NCBI GenBank assembly: GCA_022813865.1 | Contig: JALDZX010000051.1 | Location: 1-64,000 of the forward strand | DNA from: Xylographa opegraphella | Taxonomy: Eukaryota | Length of the DNA stretch: 64,000 bases | Reading direction: 5' to 3' | Part shown: one piece after another, positions 47,206 to 59,035 of the stretch | Position numbering within the stretch: the stretch's first letter is position 1 | Layout of the letters: every line of letters starts with the position of its first letter | Translations under genes and position numbers: made by a program | The notes under the pieces: generated by a model | The model's input: only the letters and a program-made list of their open reading frames with translations | The model's database searches: none | What the model was told of the DNA's origin: nothing

Positions 47206-48702
47206 ATGCTGGATGGGCAGTCGCCATGGTCGCACCACCTGGCGCAGAACTTGGCATTGATTCTCATCAGTCTTTGCTTTCTCCCCCTGGACACCATCGT
47301 TCTGGGTGCCAGCTATCTCTTCGGATGGCTTCTGCCGCGAATGCCATCTCGTCAGCGGATCGTTCGCAATCCTGGGTTCCAAGCCAAAACCATTCTGGTC
47401 ACTGGAGTGGGTATGTCAAAGGGGCTGGCATTGGCCCGCATGTTTTACAGATCGGGTCACACTGTCATTGGGGCTGACTTCGAGCCATATGGCATACCCG
47501 TGAATGGGCGCTTCTCCAAATCTTTGAAGAGATTCTACAGGCTACCAAAGCCCAACCAAGAGGATGGTTCCGCATACTACATTCAAGACCTTCTGAATGT
47601 CATCAGAAGAGAGAAGGTCGATCTCTGGGTCAGCTGTTCCGGAGTGGCTTCTGCCGTCGAGGATGGACAAGCGAAAGAGGTCATTGAAAGAAGGTCGGAC
47701 TGCAAAGCAATTCAATACGACGTCAAGACGACGGAGACCCTCCACGAGAAACACAGCTTCATTCAACGAACCGTCGATCTCGGCCTTCCGGCGCCGGAAA
47801 CTCACGATGTCACTACTCGAACCGCCGTACACCATGTCCTGCACAAAACGCCCAAGAAGCAATACATCATGAAGAGTGTCGGTGTTGACGATGCCATGCG
47901 AGGTGGAATCATGCTTCCACGACGAAGTGTCAGCGAAACCTATAACCACCTTTCGCGAGTCCCCATTTCGAAAGAAAAGCCATGGGTCTTGCAGCAATAT
48001 ATCCAGGGTGAGGAGTACTGCACACATGCTCTCGTGGTCCGAGGAGAGGTCAAGGCATTTGTCGCTTGTCCGAGTCTGGAGCTGCTCATGCACTACGAGT
48101 CACTTCCAAACACATCGTCTCTGAGCAAGGCCATGTTAAGGTTCACGGAAGAGTTTGCCAGGCGAAGCGGCGACGATATGACGGGTCATCTATCATTTGA
48201 TTTCATGGTCGAGGAGACCTCAACGGAGAAGGGATTACAAAAGTTACTTTTCCCGATCGAATGCAATCCGCGAGCACACACAGCGGTTGTACTCTTTCAC
48301 ACGATGAGTGAGGAGATGTCTGCAAGCTACATGCAAGCCCTGACAGCATCGGCCGATAACGAGGTCAATGGACATGGCGTGAACGGCCACAGCTCGAACA
48401 TTGTCATGCCTCATCGGCCCGGGAAGTACTACTGGGTCGGACACGACCTGGTCGCATTAATATTCTACCCAGCTTTTCAAATGATGCGGAGGCGGTTAAC
48501 AATATCCGCTTTTCTGTCTGGATGTTACGAGTTTTTTGTTCATTTGCTCTTCTGGGACGACGGCACATTTGAAGTGTGGGACCCGCTCCCGTGGTGGTGG
48601 CTGTATCATGTGTATTGGCCCGGACAGTTTTTGGCGAGCATATTGGAAAAACGGAAATGGAGTCGAGTGAATGTCAGTACTACCAAGATGTTTGTATGTT
48701 GA
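47206..48702 (+). CDS. mysC: ATP-grasp amino-acid ligase (MysC-like mycosporine synthase), intronless
   Basis: TILVTGVGMSKGLALAR, LHEKHSF, PWVLQQYIQGEEYCTH, TGHLSFDF, PIECNPRAHTA and FEVWDPLPWWWLYHVYWP. It lies directly downstream of DDGS. Confidence 0.92.
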   Translation: MLDGQSPWSHHLAQNLALILISLCFLPLDTIVLGASYLFGWLLPRMPSRQRIVRNPGFQAKTILVTGVGMSKGLALARMFYRSGHTVIGADFEPYGIPVNGRFSKSLKRFYRLPKPNQEDGSAYYIQDLLNVIRREKVDLWVSCSGVASAVEDGQAKEVIERRSDCKAIQYDVKTTETLHEKHSFIQRTVDLGLPAPETHDVTTRTAVHHVLHKTPKKQYIMKSVGVDDAMRGGIMLPRRSVSETYNHLSRVPISKEKPWVLQQYIQGEEYCTHALVVRGEVKAFVACPSLELLMHYESLPNTSSLSKAMLRFTEEFARRSGDDMTGHLSFDFMVEETSTEKGLQKLLFPIECNPRAHTAVVLFHTMSEEMSASYMQALTASADNEVNGHGVNGHSSNIVMPHRPGKYYWVGHDLVALIFYPAFQMMRRRLTISAFLSGCYEFFVHLLFWDDGTFEVWDPLPWWWLYHVYWPGQFLASILEKRKWSRVNVSTTKMFVC

Positions 48703-49339
48703 GTTGGTTGCGCGAAAGCAGGCTGGGTCTTGCGCAGAGAGTCAGCTGTATTCTAGGATAAAAAGCACATGTAGTTATATGCCTCCCAAAATTCGGGTTG
48801 TCAAGAGTGGTGAGAGCAGTGGAGACACGTGATTGACATGTAACTCGTGTTGCATTGGCAACGATGGTCAAGCTTAGTTGCAAGCTGTTAGATATTCATC
48901 CATCCATCTGCGACGAGCTTCAAACAAAGTCGACGCTGGCCAATAAGCGTCGGCCTTGGCAGCTCACAGCCCTTTGTTGGGCGTGTCAAAGACCACCACA
49001 CCCGTTGAGACCACACGTTTGGAGTTCCGTGGCTCATCCACTTCCAGTGTGCAACACATGTAGGAGCCTTGCCTGCTAATCGCAGCAGCCATGTTTTCCA
49101 AACTTGTCGTGGTGCATGTGTTCTCACGTCGCAACAGTGCTTTCTCTTTCCTTCCACTATTGTCACGACCACCTGCGTGTAGCTCGTTTTCCATCTCTCT
49201 ATGTAGTGTCTTTGTCGACTGCTGCCGGGTAGCATCGACCTCTTTGATTCTGGTCGCAGGCTCGACTACGACCCCAGTGCAGTGACGACTGGCTTGTGAC
49301 AGCAGACTGAGCAATTATAAGGATATTTCAACATCGATT

Positions 49340-50694
49340 ATGCAGAACCAAACTAAGACCGAAGTCGATAACTCTGCGATCCACCACAAGCTCCTCAGCT
49401 TGTCATCACTACGACGGAACGGCTTTCGGGGAGTCCGGACCATAGTCTATGCTCTCCAGGCTCTCCTTGTGTCCATTGCATGGATACTCACGCTCGTCGT
49501 TCTGACCAAGTCGGGCACGACAGGATCTGCGACCAAGTTCTACTTCGCCCTGGTAAGATATCCGCCGCTAATTGATGCGTACTTCCTAGAACTGACATGG
49601 CCTGCAGACCTGGTTATGTATTCCTGCCTTTCTGTACCTGGCAGTTGTGCCTCTGTGGCCGCGAACTCAACGATTTGCGAACGCCTACGCTACTGCTGCC
49701 GTTGATGTGTCTTTCACTGTATTCTGGCTTGCAGCATTCTGTGCTGTTCAGGTATGGACGGACAGCGGAACAAATAGTCCGCAAGGATGTGCGGCTTTTG
49801 CATTCGGCTCCGAGAGTAAATGTCAGGTCAGCTATGCGACAGTGATTTTCGGCGTCATGATCTTGTGAGTGAATCCAAGTGACTGTACCTGCACTACGGC
49901 TAACACGCGGACTCAGCGTACTTTGGCTCGTCCCGTCCTCTATCTCGGTGCATTCTCTCTTCTACCTACACCGGCATGGATCCATGCCGAATACCAAGCC
50001 CGAGATCTCGAAACCAATATTCGACGAAACTCGGTCCACTTGGAGTCTCAGATCAGATGCCCAGGGTCGCCGAGATGGGCATCCACAGACGCGTCTCGAT
50101 CGCGGAAGGCTGGACGAGGAGCACGGCTCGGTCCACACCGAGACGGAAGAAGGCACACATCCCGGCCGTGCCCTCAGCTACGGGCAGGATCCCCCGCTTA
50201 CTGCTCCACCAATATACACCCAGCCCGGGCTACCACAGTGGAAGAACATATACTACGGCGATCGTTCCGCAAACGAACCTCAGACAGCGCGGCAAGTCCC
50301 CCCGCCAGTCATTAACAGGCCGGCTCCGAGTAGATATGCATCACCGCCCCGGCTCGAGATTCATCCCCCCCGACCCGACATCCTCTCGCCGCGCAACCCG
50401 TTCGTTCGTGATGGGACGTCGTCCGCCACGCTCGCGACCGGTCGCGCAGGGTTCGACACTCTGCGCGGCATGCCGCGCGTGCCTGTGCCCGGGCCGGCAA
50501 GTCGACATATCGGCGGGTACACGTCCGCGCACCATACGCCGCTGCCGGCGGGGATGACGCCGCAGCCGGCGGGGATGACGCCGCAGAAGAACTCGTGGCA
50601 GGACGAGCGGGGGGTCCGCAGCCCGGAGGACCGCGGCAGGCTGGTGTTCCCGGAGGCGGACTACAGCCGTGCGGCTGCGGTGCGGGCGTGGTAG
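49340..50694 (+). CDS. MARVEL-like four-TM membrane protein with Pro-rich C-tail; introns about 49553-49607 and 49865-49916
   Basis: VYALQALLVSIAWILTLVV, then WLCIPAFLYLAVVPLWPRTQRFANAYATAAVDVSFTVFWLAAF, a C..C loop, and YATVIFGVMI. Confidence 0.7.
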
Positions 50695-51721
50695 TGGCTG
50701 GGCTCGTTGGGCAGTGAAGCGTTTCAGCGGGGCGTTGGGGTCGGGGGTGGGGTGGTAATTCGGGACGGGGCGGGTGAATGGCGTTGTCTTGGTGGGTGGG
50801 TGTGAGATCTATCTGTAATGACGAAGGACGACTCTCTGGAAAATGTATTCTGCTTCTGCTCTTCTCTCTCTGCTTTTCGCGCTTTCGTGTGTGACATCCG
50901 ACGTGAACATCTCCCTCCCATCGTTTTCCATACCTACATCCTCTGCATCTCGCATTCATTTCCGGTCCCATCGCTCCGTCCCGCACCGCACTGGGCAGCA
51001 TGTCCAGCAACGCACGCCTCCTCTCCCGTCTGCTCGCCATCCCCTTCCTCTCGTCTCGCTCGCCCTTCCTCTCGCGTCCGCTTCGACATCGGCTCCGCCT
51101 TCCGGCCTGATCTCGGGCGTCGTGGTTGGTGGGGGAGGCGGAGTGAATGGTCAGGGGTTCGGAGAGAGGAAGGAGTGTCTACTCGCTGTGCGTCGGCGAT
51201 GTGTTGATGTGTCGGTGTAAGGGGTTCTGGTTGTGATGGGGAGTAGGCCGTCATAAGAAGGAGGGTGTCTCGTTGGAACGGAGATATATGCGCGGCCGGA
51301 ATTGACTGACAAGAGGGGCTACAGGAAATATTGGCGACCTACTGGTTCCCCAGCGACGGATGAGGAGTGAGGAAGAACGAGAGTGGAGATATACAGTTGC
51401 GCAGTGAGATGGCAGAGGCATTCATTCCGACCGATCACATCCACCAAAAAGTCCACAATACCGCTCGCGCAAACCCACCGATTCACCGAGACAGGGTGTG
51501 TGAAAGTGGGAAAAAAAGGCAGAAAGGCGGCGTCTCAGTTAAAAAAGCCTACGGCGATACAATGGTAAATGAATAAATAAATACACCGAAAACCGCAGCA
51601 GCATTACTCTTCCCCACGCACTTCCCCCACACGCATTCACCGAATCCAAAACGCGTCGTTCCCCGTGTGATTAACATTCCCCTCTCTTCATACCCCTGTC
51701 CACCTCCCACCAACAAACCAC

Positions 51722-52406
51722 TCACATCATCAACACCGCCGCCGCGACAGCCACCACGCCGCCCACGCTCCCGCCAAGCTTATACGCCGCGCCCGTGAAG
51801 GTCGGCAGCGCGCTGACGGTGCCGGACGGGGCGGATACGGTGCCGGGCGCGGTGCCGGACGGGACAATGGCTGCGGCGGAGGAGAGGAAGCTGCTGGTGG
51901 GGATAGTGTACACCGGAGCGGTCATACTGCTGCCGGGGGCGATGGGCGTCGCGTACGTCATTGTGCTGGTGCTGGTGGTGCTGGTGGAGGGCACGGCGGC
52001 GGCGGCGGTGGAGGAGGAGGGTGCGGCGGTGGAGGAGGAGGGAGCGGCGCTGCTGGGAGCGGTGCTGCTGGGCGCAGGCGCTGGCGCGGCGGGCGTGGAG
52101 ACGGGAGCGGGCAGCAGCGAGGTGGGGATGGCGGTGACGGGGCAGATCTAGCAAGCCTGTCAGCAAGGAAACGAGATTTCCGCCAGGTCGGGGAGTTTTC
52201 GCGCATACGGTAGTGTAATCCACGACCGTGGACGTGACCACGACGGTGGAGTGCGCCGGGCAGCTGACAACGGTGGGGCCGCAGCTCGTCACGGTGATCT
52301 CGGTGGTGGCGTACACGGTCAGGGTGGTGAGGGTGCCGTTGGTGGGCAGGGCGGCGGCGGCGGCGGTGGCGGCGAAGGCCAGGAGGGGGAGGAGGGAGTA
52401 TTGCAT
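51722..52406 (-). CDS. Secreted GPI-anchored Ser/Thr/Ala-rich cell-wall protein; intron 52208-52148
   Basis: Signal MQYSLLPLLAFAATAAA, TITSCxPTVxxCP-type and YTTICP motifs, and a C-terminal FTGAAYKLGGSVGGVVAVAAAVLMM GPI signal. Confidence 0.85.
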
Positions 52407-52427
52407 TTTGGGAGACGGGGTTTGTTG

Positions 52428-52463
52428 GGTGGTGGTTGTGGTGGTGGTGGTGGTGGTGGTTGT
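52428..52463. repeat. (GGT)n/(ACC)n microsatellite in the 5' leader of the GPI protein gene
   Basis: ggtggtggttgtggtggtggtggtggtggtggttgt. Confidence 0.85.
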
Positions 52464-53503
52464 GAGGTGGTTGGATATAAAAGAGCGAGTGGACGGGCGA
52501 CAAAAACGAGTGTGGGTTACCAGAGGTAGAACAGTGTCGACACACAAAAAAGGAGTGACTTGGTAGGCAGCTGTGAAGAAACAAAAAAGACCGTTTGGCA
52601 GGGAGGGAGGGAGGGAAGGGGAGGGAGTATCTTATGTAGCCGTACCCACGTACCTTACAGTTACCTACCTTCAGTACCTGCGTTAGGCCCAACACCGCCA
52701 GCCAGGGCCAGGGGGGGGGGGGGCGCAACAATCTCGAAAACCAGGGCCCCCCCGCTTTGAGTGGTCGGCGGCGCTTGATTGCTTCATCTTGCATGGGGCG
52801 CGAATCAACACACAACAACAACACAAACGACGCAAAAAAGAAGCCATCGAACTCCTTTATTGATCCCTCCAGGACCCGAACACGAACACGCCAGCCGGGG
52901 GTAGAACATTCGCCGGCCAATCGGACCCCTGCTTGCGCGAGATTGCACGCGACAGCTGGCTAAGCCGTACCGAGTCTAGCGGGATGAAACGTCCAGCCAA
53001 TCGGTGCGGGTCGCGTCGTGGACAGGCACTAATGCAGGGACCGCTGCGAGGCTAGCCTCGAGCTAGCGGGCGGCGGAAATGCTCCCACGGGCAAGATCAG
53101 GAGCGAGTGGAGCATGGGCGGGAAATGAAAGAGAAAGGTCGAACCCCGGCTTCGTCGTCAGCGTCCCTTACGCACTTGCTTGTCAACTGTGCACTCAATC
53201 ATGATCTCTCGCCGTTTCATCCATGGCTGCTCATCTGCTGACTGTCCCGCTGGCGCTGCAAGGGCGCGGGACAGGCTACTGTACGAAGTACACCTGGACG
53301 CTGTATGGATGTGAATTCTAAATCTGAATCAGCGACGACCTATCCGTACCTACTCTATGTACATGTACGGAGGACCCCAATCGCCAACGCTAATGCTATC
53401 AGTAGACCATACAGGAAGCCCGCCTGCCCAAGACAAATCGAAATTGACTCGAGACATCTTCATTATTTGTGGGGGTGCGTACGCGGTCGCCCAGCACTCC
53501 AGG

Positions 53504-55712
53504 TCATCGCCCAGGACCGGGCGGGCCCGGTTCGCCGCTTGCCGCGCTGCCTGCTTCCGCCTCGCTGCTCGCTCCCGCGCTCGCTCGCTGGCTTTTCGTG
53601 AAGTGGAAGAAGTCTCCAAACGACATGCTCTGGGACCGGCCTTTCCGCCGCGGTCCCGCTTCCGACAGAGGTTCCGTCATCTTCTGTCCGGCTGTGGCGT
53701 CGGTGGATACCAGAGGCGTCTCTTCGCTCGCCATTTCCCCCGTGAATCGCTGCGACCGTGATGCCCGTAGGCCAGAAAGGCCGCGCCTCCGCCGTGGACG
53801 CGTGGGCGAATCGAGTCCCCTCCGCAGGTTGTCCGCCACAACGGCGCTTAACGACGAGGACAGCGGGGAGATGAGGGGGCCCGGGAACATGCGCGAGATG
53901 GAGTTCCTCGTCATCGTCAACGGGCGGTCGGCCCGTGGTGGTGCGAGCTGGCTGCTTTGTCCACGTGATGCGGATGGGCGGTGCTCGTGAGTGCTGCTAG
54001 GGACGACGGGTGATGAGAGCGTACTGAGCAGTGGTTGCCTGCCACTGAGGTACTCCTGTGATGAAGTCCATGGGTTCTCCAATAACGGGGAATTTGTATT
54101 TGCCTCGGGTGGTGTGATGGGCTGTGCGTTACCAGACGAGGTGCTTGAATTGAAGCGTCGAGGAGTCTGCGGTCCCGTGTGCTGCGCGTTGGATTGCTGA
54201 CGAGAGAGTCGACCGTGAGTGGAAATCGATGTGCGATCATCGAACGTGACACTCATCTGCGATTTCCTCCTGTCAATCCCGCCTTCGTTGCTTGATATCG
54301 TCACGTCGTCATGCCGCTCCTCCTCGTCAATAAGTCCAATCATTTGCTCCTCATCTTCGCTGTCCCCATCCTCATCCGATGAGTCTCCCGACCGACCACT
54401 GGTGATCAGATACACACCCAAAAAGGTCAACAGGCATCCTGCCACAAACTTACCGACCCGATCCAACGTAGCAGACTCGAAGTCCCTGTACAAAATGGAA
54501 CTTCCAATGATGACGGAAATGGTGAAGAGCACAAACTGCGTCGGGATGACCTGGGTTGAGTCGAAGCGTTGCAATGCACGATTGACGTAACGGATCTGCA
54601 GAAGAGCTGAAGCGACCAGGATGAAGATAAGAAGGTATGTGATAGGAAATGTCAATGACCGCCAGAGCGTATCAGACAACAGGGACGCCACTCCCTTAGT
54701 CGATAAGGCAGTATAGCCTCCTGTGGGTAGAGTCAGAAGGCTCGATGTTTGAAACAATCACAACTGTTGGTGAAACTTACCGAACAGACCTACCAATCCC
54801 AGGTCAATCAGGATAGATCTCCCCCCGTACTTTTCACTTGCCCACATCAACACAACTATCAGACCTGCTGTGATGCCCAGATAAACTTCAAATTCCCACC
54901 GAGTAATGGCAGCCCACAGATCTTGAGGGCCCATCTTGGTCTCCGAGTTCTTTGCACTGAAGACCACCGTCACAGCTCCTGCAACCGCCACTACTACACC
55001 TAAGAGGTCTCTTCGACGGAAACGCTCCTTCAAGAGACATGGTGCAATGATGCAATTAGATACAAGTGCCACCACTCCGAGGGGAGAAACAATCGAGGCC
55101 GGAGCAAAGCCATACGCTAAGAAATTACCAGCCTCACCGACGGTCATCAGGAGGATCCCAGCCCACCAGTAAGGAGATTTGAGGTAGGTCGTGCTTGGGG
55201 CTGCTTCCCCACCTGCCTTCTCCTGCTTGACAGTCGACTGGGACGAGCTTCGGGAACGTCCCGAGCTTGGGGTAGACTCCGACTCGTGCATAGTATGATT
55301 CTCGTGATAACGTCGCTGATGCGCAGTATCATCCTCATCTAGCATAGGAGCGCTAAGGTTCAGTTCTGCTCGCTCTTCGGCAATTTGTGCTTGTTTTAAG
55401 TCCTGGGTAGTTTTCCCTTTGCCGGTCGCCCATGTTGACGGCTTCTCATCCCTCTCCCGGTTCAGCCGTATGTGAGCATAACGCTGAATATTGAGAGCGA
55501 ACGATATCAGAATATTGCCCACGATAGCCGTCACAATACCCTACCAAAGGTTCAGATCAGCGGGTGTCCCATTGATGGTTATGCCAGCGGGTCATACGCA
55601 CTATCAGAGCATTCCATTCTCGTTTGTCCAACCCGGAATGTCCGGTCAGGACTATAGCACCCAAGTCAAGACCGGAGAGTGCTGTGGCGGTCCCAGACAG
55701 AGAAGATGTCAT
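53504..55712 (-). CDS. NIPA-family Mg2+ transporter (DUF803); two introns
   Basis: AIVGNILISFALNIQR, YLKSPYWWAG, GEAGNFLAYGFAPASIVSPLG, GGYTALSTKG and NRALQRFDSTQVIPTQFV. Confidence 0.92.
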
Positions 55713-56858
55713 AACAATGCCGCTCGATTCCGCCTGGGCGCTCCGGGAAAATATTGCGCCCGGCGTAGCAAGGTATATGATTGTCGTTGTATGTATGGAG
55801 AGCTATTGACGATACACATGATACTTGAATCAATTGCAAGAATTGTTTTGTTCCTTGATCCGGATCGACGACGTATCGGAAACTCTAAAAGGCTAGTTGG
55901 AGACTTCAGAGTGGATGTTGTGCATGAGGATTTATTAGTGGCGGTGCACGGGTCATACACTCGGAAGTGCTGTGGCGGTTGAGGCCCCTAAATCTTCAGG
56001 CGCATCGTCGAAATAAGGCAAAGTAGTAAGGTGAGAGCCCCCAAGAAACAGCGGTCGATCGCCAACTTTGCCCGTCCGGTTGAGGGGCTATCCCACTAAT
56101 ACACTCCTCTTACCCCCTCGAGCCCCCCTCTACCACACCCCATAATGCAGGGAACTTACTACATCTCTTCTCCGCCAATTATTGCATCTTGTGTTGGCTC
56201 TTCGCTGGTCAAGGAAATTTAATCCTACCTAGGTATTGTTGCTTTTCTGCTAACTATCCGGCTGGATTTCTTAAGGACCTGGGGGTTAGAAGGAGACGCC
56301 CATTCTTGACAACAGAAGCTGCCTCCGAGGTCTGCGTAGCATAGCCTGGATGTTTCACATACGATTTCACCGTCCGGGTCCGTTTCATGATCCGGAGGTT
56401 AGCTATGATCAGAGAGCATGGCAGTCCATATCTCCCGCCTGCGTGCAGCTTTCCTGCATAGCCTCCGCATCAGCATCCGCAGTCCCGGAGTAATACGATG
56501 CACGCCTATTATACAGACATACTTCGGGCTCGAGATACAGAGCCATACTCTACTCAAATTTAAGATACGTAAAGGTCCAACTATTCTAAGCTATTTCAGG
56601 AACTAGGCGCCAGGAAGCACTTCAACATTAGCGCGATATCTTCCTTCATATACAACGACAGCGGACAATCGATAGAGTTCGCTATCGTCCGAAATGCCTA
56701 GTCTACTGCGGTTGAGTAACGAACGGCTCGTGGCAAGCTCATAGGAATTCGGCGAGCCAGAGTTGCAAATCCACACAATCTACAGGTACTTCGGATGCTT
56801 TTACTAGGGGCTCTAGTCCATTGCAGTTGCCGTAGAACTTTTGTCTCCATAAGCAGCC

Positions 56859-57045
56859 ATGGATTCGCTTGCTAGACAATCGCCGGTCCACATACTACCT
56901 TCGAATGGCAGCGCGGTTTGGGTTTTTTCTATCAAGGGGAATCAGCCCAATCCACCTGTGCCAGCCTGCACCCTCTGCCGTCGCCAGAAAATGAAATGTG
57001 ACCGAGGCTTTCCTTGTGCCAATTGCGCACGCGTAGGAGCAAACA
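56859..57045 (+). pseudogene. Truncated Zn(II)2Cys6 transcription factor N-terminus
   Basis: ACTLCRRQKMKCDRGFPCANCARVGAN has five of the six cluster cysteines. The ORF ends after 88 aa. Confidence 0.75.
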
Positions 57046-57094
57046 CTTCTATCAGTTCGATGAATGGCGATCTTCTGCAGACTGCAGTCCTTAC

Positions 57095-58234
57095 CACCAT
57101 CACGTCTCCGGAATACCAGCCCTAACACCTTCGTCGTCCCCCAACTGCCTGTCATATACGCCTCGAATAGCAGCATGGTCTTCGCATTCCGTTTCATCAC
57201 TGGTCTTGTCGGCATTCTCGTACTCGCCACCGGCGGCGCAACTATTGCTGACATATATAAGCCTAAAAACAGGCCTATGGCATCGGTGTTTGGGGCGTAG
57301 CAGCAGTTTTCGGACCTGCTTGTGATCCACTGATGGAGGTTTCGCGGCAGAAAGTATGAACTGGAAGTGGACGATTTGGGAACTGATGTGGCTGTCCGGA
57401 TTTTGCTTCGTTTTCTTATTCTTCTTTCTGCCAGAGACGAGCAGCAGTAACATTCTCTATTGACGGACAGTTAGGATCAGGGGGTTGACGAACAATCCGA
57501 AGTTGAAGTGCGAGCCAGAGCTCAAGGTGGAGGGAATGTCGGGCAAAGAGATTGGGAAAATGGTATTCATCCGGCCGTTCACGCTCACCTTCACCGAGCC
57601 GATCTGCTTCCTCATCAACCTCTATCTGGCGCTGATCAATGGCTTGCTGTACCTCCGGTTCGAGAGTTTTCCGATAGCGTTCCTCGACATTTACCATTTC
57701 ACGCTCGGAACGGAAGGTCTCGCTTTCATCGGAATTCTCATCGGAGCGTTCCTCGCGATGGTCCCCTTCTTCTATTACAACTACAAGCACGTCGAGCCGC
57801 AGTTCAACGAGGAGGGTCGACTTCGCCCCTAGGTCCGCCTACAGCTCGCCTTCGTGGGGGCCTTCCTTATCCCCATTTGCCTCATCTGGTTCGATTGGTC
57901 GGCACGCCCCTAAGTCCACTGGATCATGCCGATCATCGGCAGCTCGTTCTTCGGCATGGGGAGTTTCCTGCTGTTCATGGCCGTGCTCGCATATCACGGA
58001 GACGCGTACCCCAGATACATCGCCTCGGTGTATGCAGGGAATGATCTGATGAGGAGCTCGTTCGGGGCGGTTTTCCCGCTCTTTGCGAATGCGATGTATA
58101 GTAGGCTTGGGGTCCGGTGGGCGAGTAGCTTGCTGGGCTTTCTGAGTGTTGCTTTCATCCCGATCTCGTTTGTATTGTATTATTACGGCAGAAGGATACG
58201 CGGAGCTAGTAAGATGGCGACTCATGATCTGTAG
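57095..58234 (+). pseudogene. MFS DHA1 multidrug transporter pseudogene (5'-truncated, frameshifts, in-frame stops)
   Basis: FRFITG..LATGGATIADIY, WKWTIWELMW, FLPET, RPFTLTFTEPI, HWIMPIIG and YIASVYAGNDLMRS. In-frame stops are TGA 57461, TAG 57830 and TAA 57911; frameshifts lie near 57290-57335. Confidence 0.9.
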
Positions 58235-59035
58235 ACGTGGGAAACGGGGCGGCTAACGAATATCGTGGAGGCCGGTGATAGGAGAGAAGCAGTATTACAG
58301 ATAGAAGGGGCTTTTGGGGTTCGATGCATCGCTTCAAGGGCATGAATAGACTGCTAGAATAATAGACACTTTTTACAAAGAAAGCCGGATTTCTTCTTGA
58401 TATGTGACTGCAATCTATTCAGCATATCTGTACACGTCGTGGCTCGCTAGTGATATCGTGTGACCATCAAACACGGCCGCAGACGTAGACAGATTGCAAT
58501 ATCGGAAAATGGTAAAGTCTGCTGCGTTTGATGACCTTCCGATCCTGCTGCTGCGACGGAACTTCCAGGATGAAGGGATTTCATGGAAGTCGAGAGTATT
58601 CTGTTGGTGCACGTCTTGTATGGTCAGCGGCCGGAATTCCCCAGCAGCCGAATGCTTTCATAGTTGTTGCCCTAGCATGCACGCCCGGAGGCCCGTAACG
58701 AAATAGAGTTTGGATGCTGACCGCGGAACTCGATAGTGTATGTAAGGTATGGAGCGCAGCGACTGGCTTGACTTGATGATCAAACATAAGAGCGGCATGC
58801 TTGATACAATTATTGCTTCCATAGTTGTTCGTCGCCTGCATGATGAGGTATTTGGTGCGCAGAGTAATGTGCATAGTAGTGGATAAAAACTTGCGTAATA
58901 TATTCATTTATGATGTACCGTCGGCGAGATTGGAGCTTTTTCATATTATCATCTTTTATATTGCGGAGTCGAGCTCATTTCCACTAGTTCTGTACTCATC
59001 GTCGCCCTAAAGCCCAAGCAGCAACCACATTCCTC

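Noticed and set aside
50312..53500. Long alternative-frame ORFs (e.g. 51958-52920, 50312-51040)
   Set aside because: Products of low-complexity GC-rich sequence overlapping the MARVEL-like and GPI genes.
58415..59010. ORFs between the MFS pseudogene and WDR70
   Set aside because: Short, conflicting strands and no motifs.
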